Origin: a virus
IMG/VR virus record: IMGVR_UViG_3300014202_000591
Length of the DNA stretch: 64,000 nt
Reading direction: 5' to 3' (one strand)
Translations under genes and position numbers: made by a program
Shown here: positions 37,477 to 46,856 of the stretch, piece by piece
Position numbering within the stretch: the stretch's first letter is position 1
Layout: each line of letters opens with the position of its first letter
The notes under the pieces: generated by a model
What the model was told of the DNA's origin: nothing
The model's database searches: none
The model's input: only the letters and a program-made list of their open reading frames with translations

Positions 37477-40400
37477 CTATGGGGCGCTCGTGCTGTGCGT
37501 CCATGTCGTGGTCGAACCGTCCAGCGGGATCGTAATGTAGGTCACGGTTCCGCTGTTGTTGTAGGCGATGACCAGTTTATTGCTTTTAACGTAGACCGCC
37601 GCCACGTCAAGCGCGTTGCCTCCAGCGACGGACAGTTCCGACGCGCTGGGGTCGGAGGTTGTTTCCGCGAAATATGTGCGGCGCAGCATTAGGTCGCGGG
37701 CGTTGCCGGGGGTTGTGCCGATGGCCCCGGTTGATCCGGCGTTGATTTCGAGCAGACCGGAGGATTTGAATTTCACCCCCAGCGTGTTAATTGAACTGGT
37801 TGCGTTGGTGGAGTTGGCGAAATAGAACGTGGAATCGGACGACATGAAAATGCCGGGCGCCACGTTTCCTGCGTCAATCATTGCTTTTCGCGCGCCGCTC
37901 GTTCCAGTTGTAAAAGAGCCGCCGAAGATTTCGCCGCTCAAGTTACTGTCATCGCCGCGCCGAAATGCGCCGCCCGTGCCGTTGGGCTGAAACATGACAT
38001 TGCTTGATGCCGTGCCGCCGAAGTTCAGATTTCCCGCGCCAATCACGATCCCCGCGTTGACTGTCCCACCCGACGCGGCGGCATACAATCCCACATTCGT
38101 GGAACTCGTGCCCGTGCTGGTATTGGTGAAATACCCCCCATACGTCGTCTGTGTGCTGGTTCCGTTCGCGCCACTTGTGGCCACGCGCAACGCCGTCTTT
38201 GTGTTCGACGCTGCTGCCGTGCCGGTCGCTGCGATGGAAACGACGTTGCCGGTCGTGACGGACGAAGAGGAGAAATCAAACGCATTGCCGGTCGTGAGAC
38301 TATTCGCCGTTGCGGCCAGTCCGGCGGTTGATCCGCTGCCGGTTGTAACCGTTGGCGCGAAAGTAACAATCGTTCCATCGCTGGTGAGCGTGGAGATTTG
38401 GCCAACGACATTGCCGCTGGTTTCGTAAAGAAAACGTCCGCCCGTGCCGCTGGTAATTGTGGTTGTGCCGATGGTGAGGCCACCGCCCCCGCCACTCGCG
38501 CTCAGCGTTCCCGCCGATAAAGACAGGCCGGAGCCAATCGAGATTTCTTCAACCGCTCCCGTGCTGGCTGTGCTTCGTCCCAACAAGCGCGCCGTAGCCA
38601 TCGTCAGCCCGCTGCTCGTCACGTCACCCGCGCTTGCATAATCCGTTCCCGCCGTGGCTGTGGCCAGTGTGTTTGCGCCCGTGCGCTTGATCAACCCTGT
38701 GCTGGAAAGGCCGGTAATTGTGTCCTGCGTGATCGAGCCGCCGAGACTGGTAGACGTTCCGGCGATTGTGATTGCGGAATTGGTCAGCTTGGCATTGCTG
38801 ACCGCGCTGTTATCAATCGTCCAGACTGTTCCGCTGCTGCTGACTGTGATGTCGCCCTTGTCGCCGTCCGAAAGCCCGCCGCCACAACCCGTGCAGCTTG
38901 CGACGGAAATCGCGCCGCTGAATGTGGCAGTGGTTCCCTGAATGTCGCCGGTAAACGTCGCTGATTTGTCGCTGGCAATCGTCAGCGCGGTTTGATAGCT
39001 GTTTTGTGTGCTGCCGCTGCTACCTGCTGGCGCAACCTGCCAAATCAGCGAACCGCCCGCGCCGGTGCCGGTTCCGGCGGAGGCTTTCCAGGTGGTGTTC
39101 GCCCCAGCGGTATTTGAGACGCCGCTCGCGCCCTGAACCGTGAAGGTTTGGGCGACTGGCGCGCCTGCCACGTCCGGTTTGCCGAATCGAAACGTCGCCG
39201 ACGCGCGCCGCCCCAGAAACAGATCCTGATCTACCTCATCAATCGGCGTTTCAAGGCTGTCACCCCAGGCCAACAACGTGTTGCGCAACATCGCGACCTT
39301 GGCTTCCGCGCCGCTCTGCGCACCGCCCGCGCCCAACGCAATGTTGTTCGCATTGATGCTGAACCATCCGCCGCCGGAATTCTGGTGAATGCCGTAATTC
39401 TTGAGACTGCCAGGCCATGACAGTTCAGGCCGGTCGTAGCGCGCGCCGTGGCGCAAATAGACCTGTGGGCCATCGGGATAAGCGCCGCCCTTCGGATAGA
39501 GATAGAGCGGGACAGCGGTGTCGCTGCCGTCCGTGCCGATAACGACATTGCCACTCGCCGCCGCGTTCGTAATCGTGGCGTAATTGACCGCGCTACTGGT
39601 CGCAGTTGCGCCGACCAGTGTGTTGCCGTTGGCATCCAAAATCGAGGTTGCCACACGCGGCGACGTGGCGCGCAAAATCCCGCTCCCAAACGTCTGATTG
39701 GCCGTGAACGTCTGCGCCGTTCCGAGCATGGCAAACGTATCGGTGCCACCGGGGATTGTGTGGCCGTTGAGCGTTCCGACGCCTGCCATATTGCCGGACG
39801 TGTCGGCAATCGTGACAACAGAATCCTGAATCAGCTTGCCCGTGGTCAGGTCGAAGCGAGCAACGGCATTATCCGTTGCGGAGGATGGTCCAACCACATC
39901 GCCCGTTCCGCCACCTGTTGCCGTGAGTGTGCCGCCCGTGAAATCCAATCCGCTGCCGACCGTAACCGCAGAGAATCCGCCGCTGCCATTGCCGTAGAGA
40001 ATTGAATTGCCCGACGTTGCTGGCGCATAGTCCGTGCCACTGGTCGCAATCGCCAGCGTGTTGGCGGCGGTGCGTTTTACGATGCCGGTCGAAGACAGTC
40101 CCGTAATCGTGTCCAGCGTAATTGCCGCGCCCAGGCTGGTGGGCGTTCCGGCAATCGTGATTCCGCTGTTCGACAGGCTGGCGTTCGCGATATTCGTCAG
40201 CGTGTTGGACGCGCCGCTGATCGTTTTGTTTGTCAGCGTGGACGTACTGCTGATTGTTGGAATTGCAACGCCGCCGATTGTCGCGCCGGTGGTGAAATCC
40301 GGCGACGTGCCAAAAACCAGCGCGCCACTTCCGGTTTCGTCCGTGATAGCAGAGGCGAGATTCGCACTGCTGGGCGTGGCCAGCCAGGTTCCAACGCCGG

Positions 40401-41823
40401 TGCCGAGGCCGGTGATTCCGCCAATTGGCAAGCCGGTGCCGTTGGTCAGTGTCAAGCTCGAAGGCGTGCCGCCCGCACCATTGAACAGCACCGGCGCGCC
40501 CGCACTGCCTACGTTTACGCCAAGCGCCGTGGCAATACCGGTTCCCAGCCCGGATACACCCGTGCTGATTGGTAGGCCCGTTGCGTTGGTCAGTGTGCCG
40601 CTCGTGGGCGTGCCGAGAATTGGCGCAATCAGGGTTGGCGTGTCATTGAACACCGCAACGCCCGTGCCGGTTTCATTGCTCAGAACGCCCGCGAGTTGCG
40701 CGGAAGTGGTTGAAGCAAACTGGCTCAGCGGATTGCTTGTCAGCGCATCGCCGCCGCCGGGGATGTTCTGGAAAGAGCCATCGTCGCGAACGAACTTTGT
40801 CCCGTCTGGCGTGCCGCTGATAGCAATTTTCGAGAAGGCAATTGATCCGGCAAGCTGCCCGTTCGTAATTCCCGCCGTCGCGCTCAGTTCCGCCGTTGTA
40901 ATCCCACTCAGGCGCGCCAGGGGAACCGTCCCGCTGCCCAAATCACTCGCGCTTCCACTGGTGGCAATCGTCGCATATCCAAGATCGGTCTTGAGTTGGG
41001 CAATCGAACGATTTACCCACGCACCGGCCTTGCGCTGGAGCACGTCATCATTTGTCGCCGTCAGTCCCGCAATCGTGGTCAAATCACTGTCCAGCGGCTG
41101 ATACGTGCCGGAAATATCGGGAATATCCGCAGCAACCAGGGCGCGGAACGTCGGCGCGGCTGCGCTACCCGTGGTCGGTCCGGCGAAAATCCGATTGGCA
41201 GATTGCGTGGACAGAGAAAACGTCAGCGCCGGTGTGCTGGTGCTGGTCGCAACGCTGGACGTGAAAAGCGGACTGAGATTGCCCGCGCTGAAATCTGTTA
41301 CAGTACCCGACCCGCTGCCGCCGGAAATCGTAATCGTCGCCACGCCCGGCGATGCCTGTGTTGCCGCCACGCCGGAGCCGACGAAATTCAACGTGGTGGC
41401 CACGTCGGACAGGGACGTTCCTTCGTCCTTAACAACGAACCCGCCTGTGGGGAAGGAAACCACCGTGGTCAGTGATTGAAACGTTGCACTCGCGGAATTG
41501 GGAATGGTCTTCGCCGTGGCGCGATTGCAATCCGACGACATGCCGGAAATCACAGACGAATTCGGCGAGCAAAACCACGCGGTGGAGCTTCGCGGAAGCG
41601 TGAGTGACCACGTTCCATCCGCTGCGCTGGTCGTTTCGAGATTCGTGTTGGCGTTGATGTTTGATCCGGATTGAGTGACGCGCACCACGCGGACTTTCAC
41701 GCCGGACTTGACCGAGCCGTCGAGCGCATAAATTGTGCCGGAAATCGTGCTTTGTGATAGCTGCGCTTGGGCTGAGACGGCCAAGGACGCGAGGAAGAGC
41801 AGAGCGATAAAAATGCGTTTCAT
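37477..41823 (-). CDS. 1448-aa Gly/Thr/Ser-rich fibre/adhesin-like protein with signal peptide
   Basis: Start MKRIFIALLFLASLAVSAQA|Q at 41823; phage fibre motifs DSDLTTIAGL, GTPTSGTLTNATGLP, GDVVGPSSATDNAVARFD; duplicated ~50-aa unit ITIAGT.TSLG..IT.DTITGLSSTG..KRT.ANTLA. Confidence 0.8.
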   Translation of the reverse strand: MKRIFIALLFLASLAVSAQAQLSQSTISGTIYALDGSVKSGVKVRVVRVTQSGSNINANTNLETTSAADGTWSLTLPRSSTAWFCSPNSSVISGMSSDCNRATAKTIPNSASATFQSLTTVVSFPTGGFVVKDEGTSLSDVATTLNFVGSGVAATQASPGVATITISGGSGSGTVTDFSAGNLSPLFTSSVATSTSTPALTFSLSTQSANRIFAGPTTGSAAAPTFRALVAADIPDISGTYQPLDSDLTTIAGLTATNDDVLQRKAGAWVNRSIAQLKTDLGYATIATSGSASDLGSGTVPLARLSGITTAELSATAGITNGQLAGSIAFSKIAISGTPDGTKFVRDDGSFQNIPGGGDALTSNPLSQFASTTSAQLAGVLSNETGTGVAVFNDTPTLIAPILGTPTSGTLTNATGLPISTGVSGLGTGIATALGVNVGSAGAPVLFNGAGGTPSSLTLTNGTGLPIGGITGLGTGVGTWLATPSSANLASAITDETGSGALVFGTSPDFTTGATIGGVAIPTISSTSTLTNKTISGASNTLTNIANASLSNSGITIAGTPTSLGAAITLDTITGLSSTGIVKRTAANTLAIATSGTDYAPATSGNSILYGNGSGGFSAVTVGSGLDFTGGTLTATGGGTGDVVGPSSATDNAVARFDLTTGKLIQDSVVTIADTSGNMAGVGTLNGHTIPGGTDTFAMLGTAQTFTANQTFGSGILRATSPRVATSILDANGNTLVGATATSSAVNYATITNAAASGNVVIGTDGSDTAVPLYLYPKGGAYPDGPQVYLRHGARYDRPELSWPGSLKNYGIHQNSGGGWFSINANNIALGAGGAQSGAEAKVAMLRNTLLAWGDSLETPIDEVDQDLFLGRRASATFRFGKPDVAGAPVAQTFTVQGASGVSNTAGANTTWKASAGTGTGAGGSLIWQVAPAGSSGSTQNSYQTALTIASDKSATFTGDIQGTTATFSGAISVASCTGCGGGLSDGDKGDITVSSSGTVWTIDNSAVSNAKLTNSAITIAGTSTSLGGSITQDTITGLSSTGLIKRTGANTLATATAGTDYASAGDVTSSGLTMATARLLGRSTASTGAVEEISIGSGLSLSAGTLSASGGGGGLTIGTTTITSGTGGRFLYETSGNVVGQISTLTSDGTIVTFAPTVTTGSGSTAGLAATANSLTTGNAFDFSSSSVTTGNVVSIAATGTAAASNTKTALRVATSGANGTSTQTTYGGYFTNTSTGTSSTNVGLYAAASGGTVNAGIVIGAGNLNFGGTASSNVMFQPNGTGGAFRRGDDSNLSGEIFGGSFTTGTSGARKAMIDAGNVAPGIFMSSDSTFYFANSTNATSSINTLGVKFKSSGLLEINAGSTGAIGTTPGNARDLMLRRTYFAETTSDPSASELSVAGGNALDVAAVYVKSNKLVIAYNNSGTVTYITIPLDGSTTTWTHSTSAP

Positions 41824-42037
41824 AAAGATTTCAATCAAGAGCAGCGGAGGCGGCAAATCCGAACCTCGCCCCCACTGCTCAAGTGACCCGCTGTCGTACC
41901 CCATGCCCAAACCATCGCAGCGGGCGGAGAATGCAATGAACACCCCAGCAAGGAAAATCAAAACTGGCCACCACCTGCCCCGGTGCGTTCACCCCCGTGC
42001 CCCCAGAAGCGAAAAAGCGGTGGCCAGGAATCGTGCG

Positions 42038-42108
42038 GCGAGGGCGTCAGAGTCGAACTGACATTGCACAACTTTTCAGTCGGCGGCATGCCATTAGCCC
42101 AGCCCTCG
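42038..42108 (-). tRNA. Atypical tRNA-like element (Phe GAA-like), no encoded CCA
   Basis: Acceptor CGAGGGC/GCCCTCG (extends to 9 bp); D arm GGC-TAATGGCAT-GCC; canonical T arm GTCAG-TTCGACT-CTGAC; anticodon arm CGAC-TGAAAA-GTTG is imperfect. Confidence 0.7.
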
Positions 42109-42584
42109 CCAGACGAGAAGCGGCTATTCAGCCGCAAAATCAGGATCGTCCGCATACGCCGCGCCGATATTTCGGTGCAGCTTCAGGAACAACTTTTTCA
42201 TTGACGCTTTTTTCTTTTCGTCCGTCACGATGGCGCGCAGCATTGTGAATACCGTGCTGAAGCCAAAATCAATCCAGAAATCTTGCACTTGGATCACCAT
42301 CCTTTCTGTTTCGGTCGTGGTTGGTAATAGCGCCCACAAAGAGCGCAGGCGAGGCCGAAGCCCGTGATTGCCCAAACAGCAAAAACGGCTGCGGCGAATT
42401 CGTTAAGATTGAAAATATTAGGCCAGGTCATCTTGTCCTACCTCTGCGACTACCTGCCCGTGCGCAATGTCGCATCGCACGCAATACAGATGCGGAGTTC
42501 CGGCAATGTCGGTTTGTGCCGAAATCCATTGCTGGCGGTGGAAGAGTGAGCAGATAAAATTTTTGAACATCAGCAATCCCCTCG

Positions 42585-42893
42585 TTACAGCTTTGTATAC
42601 CCGCCCTCAAAGGCCACGGCGGGCGAATAGGACGCATAGCCGTCTTGGTAAACAACGTAATAGCCGCCCGGCATCGGGTCGTGCTTGCGATACCACTTCG
42701 CGTCAACCGGAATGGGCGCGAATTCGGATTCCTCGAAGAAGAGATGCGCGCCCTGAAATGCGTCAGACGCTTCAAACGCGGCATCGTCAGCCTTCGGGTC
42801 GGGATGTGCGTGCTTGATCACCTCTTTGATTTTTAGCGCCCAGACTTCCTTGTGGCACTTGTAGCGAGGCATTTCCCTTTGTGCGACTTCCAT
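42585..42893 (-). CDS. Conserved hypothetical phage protein
   Basis: MPRYKCHKEVWALKI...GGYYVVYQDGYASYSP..AFEGGYT motif widespread in phages. Confidence 0.75.
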   Translation of the reverse strand: MEVAQREMPRYKCHKEVWALKIKEVIKHAHPDPKADDAAFEASDAFQGAHLFFEESEFAPIPVDAKWYRKHDPMPGGYYVVYQDGYASYSPAVAFEGGYTKL

Positions 42894-43127
42894 CTATATC
42901 TCCCTTGGTCCTTGCCTGATTTCTTCCCGCGGCTTCACTCTTCCTGCTGCGATGTCGCGCATCCCTTGCACAATCGCTTGCCGCTCTTCCTCTTCAATGA
43001 ATTCGCGACCATCGGCGGCGTTGTGGACAATTAGCAATTCGTTAATAGCCGGTTCGCACCAGCAGGTTGTTTTTAACTGATGCTCTTTCAGGTCGTTTAA
43101 CGGGTAGACGTGTTCTGGCCATTTCAT
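42894..43127 (-). CDS. Hypothetical protein
   Basis: HVYPLNDLKEH....CWCEP motif; GAGG RBS. Confidence 0.6.
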   Translation of the reverse strand: MKWPEHVYPLNDLKEHQLKTTCWCEPAINELLIVHNAADGREFIEEEERQAIVQGMRDIAAGRVKPREEIRQGPREI

Positions 43128-43132
43128 TGCTG

Positions 43133-44233
43133 TTACCTCACAGTAAATCCCTGCGAATCGTAATATCCCCCATTCCCCGTAAACACCCGCACCGTCGCCC
43201 CCACATCCACCCGCCACGCATCCGCCACCGGCACCTGAAACGTCAACTGCTGCACGCCCTCGAAAATGGACGGCGTGACGTGGAACGACGCGAACGAGCG
43301 CCCGTTCCCCAGCCGGAGTTCCGCCTGTGTGGCGTGGATGCCTGTGCCGTAAAGCATGTAAAACACCCGCTCCGAACCGCTCAGCGTGGGCAGAGCGTTG
43401 AAATAGTTGAATCCGCCGCTCGCATACAGAATCAGCCACAGGCTCGCCGCCCGTCCCTCGCCGTTGGCGCTGAGCGTGAAAATCCCCGGCGCCTGTGGAT
43501 TCAGTTGCGCCCGTCCGGTGAATCGCGCCGTTGTGCCGCGCGTGGAATTGACAACAACCGGCACTTCCGTTGGCCCGTCTGGCAAATCGTCCGGCAGTAG
43601 AAAATTGACCTGGCCGGGAGCGACGGCGAGGAGGGGGCAAATCAGCCCGCCCGCTTCGACCGTCACGCCGCCCAGTGTGGTGGGCAAAACGAATGAGGTC
43701 GCGAATTCCTGCCGGTCGGTAAAGGTCGCTCCCGGATCGGGGAACAGACTGGCGAGGCTGCCACGTGAAACCTGGCCGCGAAAGTTCGCGGAAGAAACAA
43801 TGGAGATGCCGGCGGATGCGCCGCCACCCGAACACAGCCCACAAGCGGGCGTGTGCGGGGCGGGACTGATTGCCGATGTGGACGAACAAACCGCGCCGTT
43901 CTTGTTGTACTGCGTTACCTGAAGCTGGCTTGACCATTGGCAGGTCACATCATCCCGCACCGCCTGAATTGCGCTGCCGGGCAGTGTTTGCATTACGCCG
44001 TCCGCCGTCCAGCGAACAACGTAGTGGTCAATCAGCGTGCTGGATTGCGTGTTGAGGAAGCGAATTGAAAGCCGGTTGCAATTGCCGGTGGCGTTTACAC
44101 TGCCTTGGAAGATTGGCGGCGTGCATGCCTGCGCCTGCGCCACCGCTGCCGAAAATCCCAGGATGACGGCTAGCACAGCCAGCCAAAAGAAATCACCCCA
44201 GCAAAATGTAAACTCAAAGTTTCTCGCTTTCAT
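43133..44233 (-). CDS. Secreted protein with TIGR03437 (Solibacter C-terminal)-like domain
   Basis: Signal-like segment ending AVAQA|Q; VSSANF...RGSLASLF...LPTTLGGVTV...PLLAVAPGQVNFLLP...APGIFTLSANGEG.AA...LYGTG. Confidence 0.75.
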   Translation of the reverse strand: MKARNFEFTFCWGDFFWLAVLAVILGFSAAVAQAQACTPPIFQGSVNATGNCNRLSIRFLNTQSSTLIDHYVVRWTADGVMQTLPGSAIQAVRDDVTCQWSSQLQVTQYNKNGAVCSSTSAISPAPHTPACGLCSGGGASAGISIVSSANFRGQVSRGSLASLFPDPGATFTDRQEFATSFVLPTTLGGVTVEAGGLICPLLAVAPGQVNFLLPDDLPDGPTEVPVVVNSTRGTTARFTGRAQLNPQAPGIFTLSANGEGRAASLWLILYASGGFNYFNALPTLSGSERVFYMLYGTGIHATQAELRLGNGRSFASFHVTPSIFEGVQQLTFQVPVADAWRVDVGATVRVFTGNGGYYDSQGFTVR

Positions 44234-44242
44234 GTTTTTCTT

Positions 44243-45349
44243 TCATGCCACTGCGAACAGTGGCGCATCCGCTCCCAGCGCGTGCGCACATCGCCGCCGC
44301 GCAATCTCTACATATTCCGCCTCGCGTTCAATTCCGATAATCGAAAACCCTTCGGCAATCGCCGCAACGCCGGTTGAACCGCTGCCGAAGAACGGGTCAA
44401 GGATGATTCCATCGGGCGGCGTAATCAGGCGGCAGAGGTAGCGCATCAGGGATTGAGGTTTGACGGTTGGGTGAGAATTGCGAACCATTGGCTTGCGAGC
44501 ATCGCCTGTGCCTTCCTTCCATCGGCTATCAAATTGCTCCGCGCCGCCTCTCGCTTCCGGCATCCCATCAAGCCCCGCTTCCCGCTCACTTCGACTTGCT
44601 TTTGCGGCGTAGAAGAAACGGGCGGCGGAGCCGGTGTCGCCGTCTTTGCTGTAATCCTTATCACGGCTCATTTTAAAACTGCTGGCATTGATGTGCCGTT
44701 CTTTATATGGCCGCAAATTCCCGCTTGTCGTCTGCGGAAACATCCCCACCACTTCATCGCTGCCGTCGTGGATGAGATTGGCAGGCCAGCGGCCTTTCTT
44801 CCAATCATCGGTGACACTGCCTGTCATCCCGCTTGTGTTTTTCCATCCCTTGCTTTCGTACTGCGGACGGCCTGTCACTTCATGGCCAGTTTCAATCCGG
44901 CATCCATCCACATTCAACGCCCCACATCCCCACGCCTGCACATTCTCCGCAACCGTTCCAATCAGCGGTTTGCGCGCCAGCACGATTGGTTCGTGCGCTG
45001 GTTTCAGGGCTGTGCCGAAGCCTTTCCACTCGCCTTGCAAATTATGGCTTTTCGGAAATCCGCTGCCATAAACCCACATCACGCAATCCCGAATTTCAAA
45101 GCCCGCATCTTCAATCCGGCACGTTGCGCGGTGGTAAGTTCGCGCACCGCCAAAGGCCAGCAGGTGCCCGCCCGGCTTCAACACGCGCAACGCCTGCTCC
45201 CACAACTCAACGGGCGGCAGGTTGTAGTCCCACTTCTTGCCCATAAAGGCGAAGCCATACGGCGGATCAGTAACCACCGCATCTACCGAGTTGTTCGGCA
45301 GACCGCGCATCACTTCCAGTGCATCGCCATGTTCAATTCGCCAGTTCAG
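44243..45349 (-). CDS. DNA methyltransferase, N6-A/N4-C beta family (DPPY)
   Basis: VVTDPPYG motif IV and LDPFFGSGSTG motif I; frame open upstream to a CTG at 45349 (track start 45313). Confidence 0.92.
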   Translation of the reverse strand: MNWRIEHGDALEVMRGLPNNSVDAVVTDPPYGFAFMGKKWDYNLPPVELWEQALRVLKPGGHLLAFGGARTYHRATCRIEDAGFEIRDCVMWVYGSGFPKSHNLQGEWKGFGTALKPAHEPIVLARKPLIGTVAENVQAWGCGALNVDGCRIETGHEVTGRPQYESKGWKNTSGMTGSVTDDWKKGRWPANLIHDGSDEVVGMFPQTTSGNLRPYKERHINASSFKMSRDKDYSKDGDTGSAARFFYAAKASRSEREAGLDGMPEARGGAEQFDSRWKEGTGDARKPMVRNSHPTVKPQSLMRYLCRLITPPDGIILDPFFGSGSTGVAAIAEGFSIIGIEREAEYVEIARRRCAHALGADAPLFAVA

Positions 45350-45699
45350 TTTTCGCCCCCCGTCTTGATCGTCAACGTCCGTCCCTCTGCCGCCGTAATC
45401 ACGTCCGGCTGACTCAGCGCGGCCTCGTTTGCCTTAAGCTCCGCAAGCTCTGCGATCAGTTGCTCCATTCGCGTCGCATTCAACTTATCCGCCGTGGCCA
45501 TTTCGGTTTCGATCCGCCGACGCTGGCGCTTCAATTCGTTGATCTTCGTGTCAATCGCGTCAATGCGCGCCTGAATATCGAGCCGGTCGCTGGATTGCTG
45601 CTTCTCAATCCTGGCAATCTCGTCCAGCTTCAGTGCCTTTAGCGCCTCGTTCCGGCTAAGCGCCGAACGTCCAAGCCATCTGTCGAAAAGGGTTGGCAT
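45346..45699 (-). CDS. Coiled-coil hypothetical protein
   Basis: Coupled to both neighbours. Confidence 0.55.
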   Translation of the reverse strand: MPTLFDRWLGRSALSRNEALKALKLDEIARIEKQQSSDRLDIQARIDAIDTKINELKRQRRRIETEMATADKLNATRMEQLIAELAELKANEAALSQPDVITAAEGRTLTIKTGGEN

Positions 45700-46112
45700 T
45701 AGTGCCGCTCCCGCGTTTCGAGCAGCTTATCCAGCCGGTCGGTGATCTTGTTAATGGACGCCTCAATTCGGCTTTCCATTCGATCCATCTTTCGCTCAAG
45801 CTCAGCCATTGCCTCGCGGGTCACGAATGAGCCGGATCGCTGTTCCCATTGCGAAATGCGCCGGTCGGTTGCGTCGTTGCGCTCTTTCATTTCCTGCCGA
45901 AACGCGGCGATACTGGCTGCCGCTTCTGCTTTTGCCGTCGCTACTGCCGTTGCCGCGTCGGTTCGTGCCGCTGCGATAATCGCATCCACGTCCGCCTTGA
46001 CCGCCTTTTTCCAGACTGATTGCAGCCAGACGATGACTCCGCCCACAATGGACACAATCACGGCCCCCGCTGCTGTTTCATATGGATTCAACAAGACATC
46101 TTCCTTTTGCAT
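45699..46112 (-). CDS. Single-TM coiled-coil protein (holin-like candidate)
   Basis: AAGAVIVSIVGGVIVWL followed by a coiled coil; GGAG RBS. Confidence 0.5.
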   Translation of the reverse strand: MQKEDVLLNPYETAAGAVIVSIVGGVIVWLQSVWKKAVKADVDAIIAAARTDAATAVATAKAEAAASIAAFRQEMKERNDATDRRISQWEQRSGSFVTREAMAELERKMDRMESRIEASINKITDRLDKLLETRERH

Positions 46113-46218
46113 CGTTCCCAACTCCTGGGGGAAATTGGGGGAAATCGCGCCCGGCACGGCGGCGAAGGATTTTTGTGACAAACAACGTGGGCGACGTGCG
46201 CCCGGAAAAAAGAAAAAA

Positions 46219-46653
46219 TCACCGCTTGGTGGTCTTAGCCAACAGCGGCGCGTGATGTAACTGTCGTGCTAAAGATTTCGCATGACGCATCTTTGCTGTC
46301 GGCGCGTCAGAGACTTGCAACTCACCTGCGCCAAGCTTGGCGAGCGCGATAGACTTCTGGTTATTTACGCTTGTTTTTCGCGATGCTGCACGCCTCGACC
46401 GCGCCAACAGCATGGCTTTCTTTTCTTTCAGTTCCTGAAGTCTGGATTTTGGCTTGTCTGAAGTTTTAGTCTGCGGGAGATACTGGCCAATAATCGCGCA
46501 GAGGAAGCCGCGCTGTCGGCGAGAGACAAAGAAACTGTCGCCGTCTTTTTCCAGCCCTGCAATCATCTTCTCGACAAACGAATTGCAGTGCGCGGGAACG
46601 AATGCTCTGTTCGCCTTAATTGTCTCGATTGCTTCCCTTAGACTCATGCTCAT
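46219..46653 (-). CDS. Hypothetical protein
   Basis: Basic 144-aa ORF. Confidence 0.5.
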   Translation of the reverse strand: MSMSLREAIETIKANRAFVPAHCNSFVEKMIAGLEKDGDSFFVSRRQRGFLCAIIGQYLPQTKTSDKPKSRLQELKEKKAMLLARSRRAASRKTSVNNQKSIALAKLGAGELQVSDAPTAKMRHAKSLARQLHHAPLLAKTTKR

Positions 46654-46701
46654 AAAAAACAAAAAGCCCGCCGGATGACTCGCGTGAATCATTCGACGGG
46701 C
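46654..46701 (-). terminator. Intrinsic terminator-like hairpin with U-tract
   Basis: GCCCG...CGGGC stem followed by TTTTTGTTTTTT, then the ATG at 46653. Confidence 0.6.
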
Positions 46702-46856
46702 AGAATAAGAAACTTGCGTTTCCGGGTATGTCCCGTGGTCAAATTGTCAGTGAGGGCGGCGGCTTGGCTTGTCGGCGTTGCGTGCCGACTGCAAACGGTT
46801 TCGGGATTGCGCATCCCAAAAACTACGAAGCCACATGCTTGCTGGCGCGGCCACCC

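Noticed and set aside
42894-43937. 347-aa ORF overlapping the TIGR03437-like gene as another dual-coding case
   Set aside because: The Arg/Gly-rich shadow frame is expected at high GC and has no domain motif. Only the last 77 codons look like a gene.
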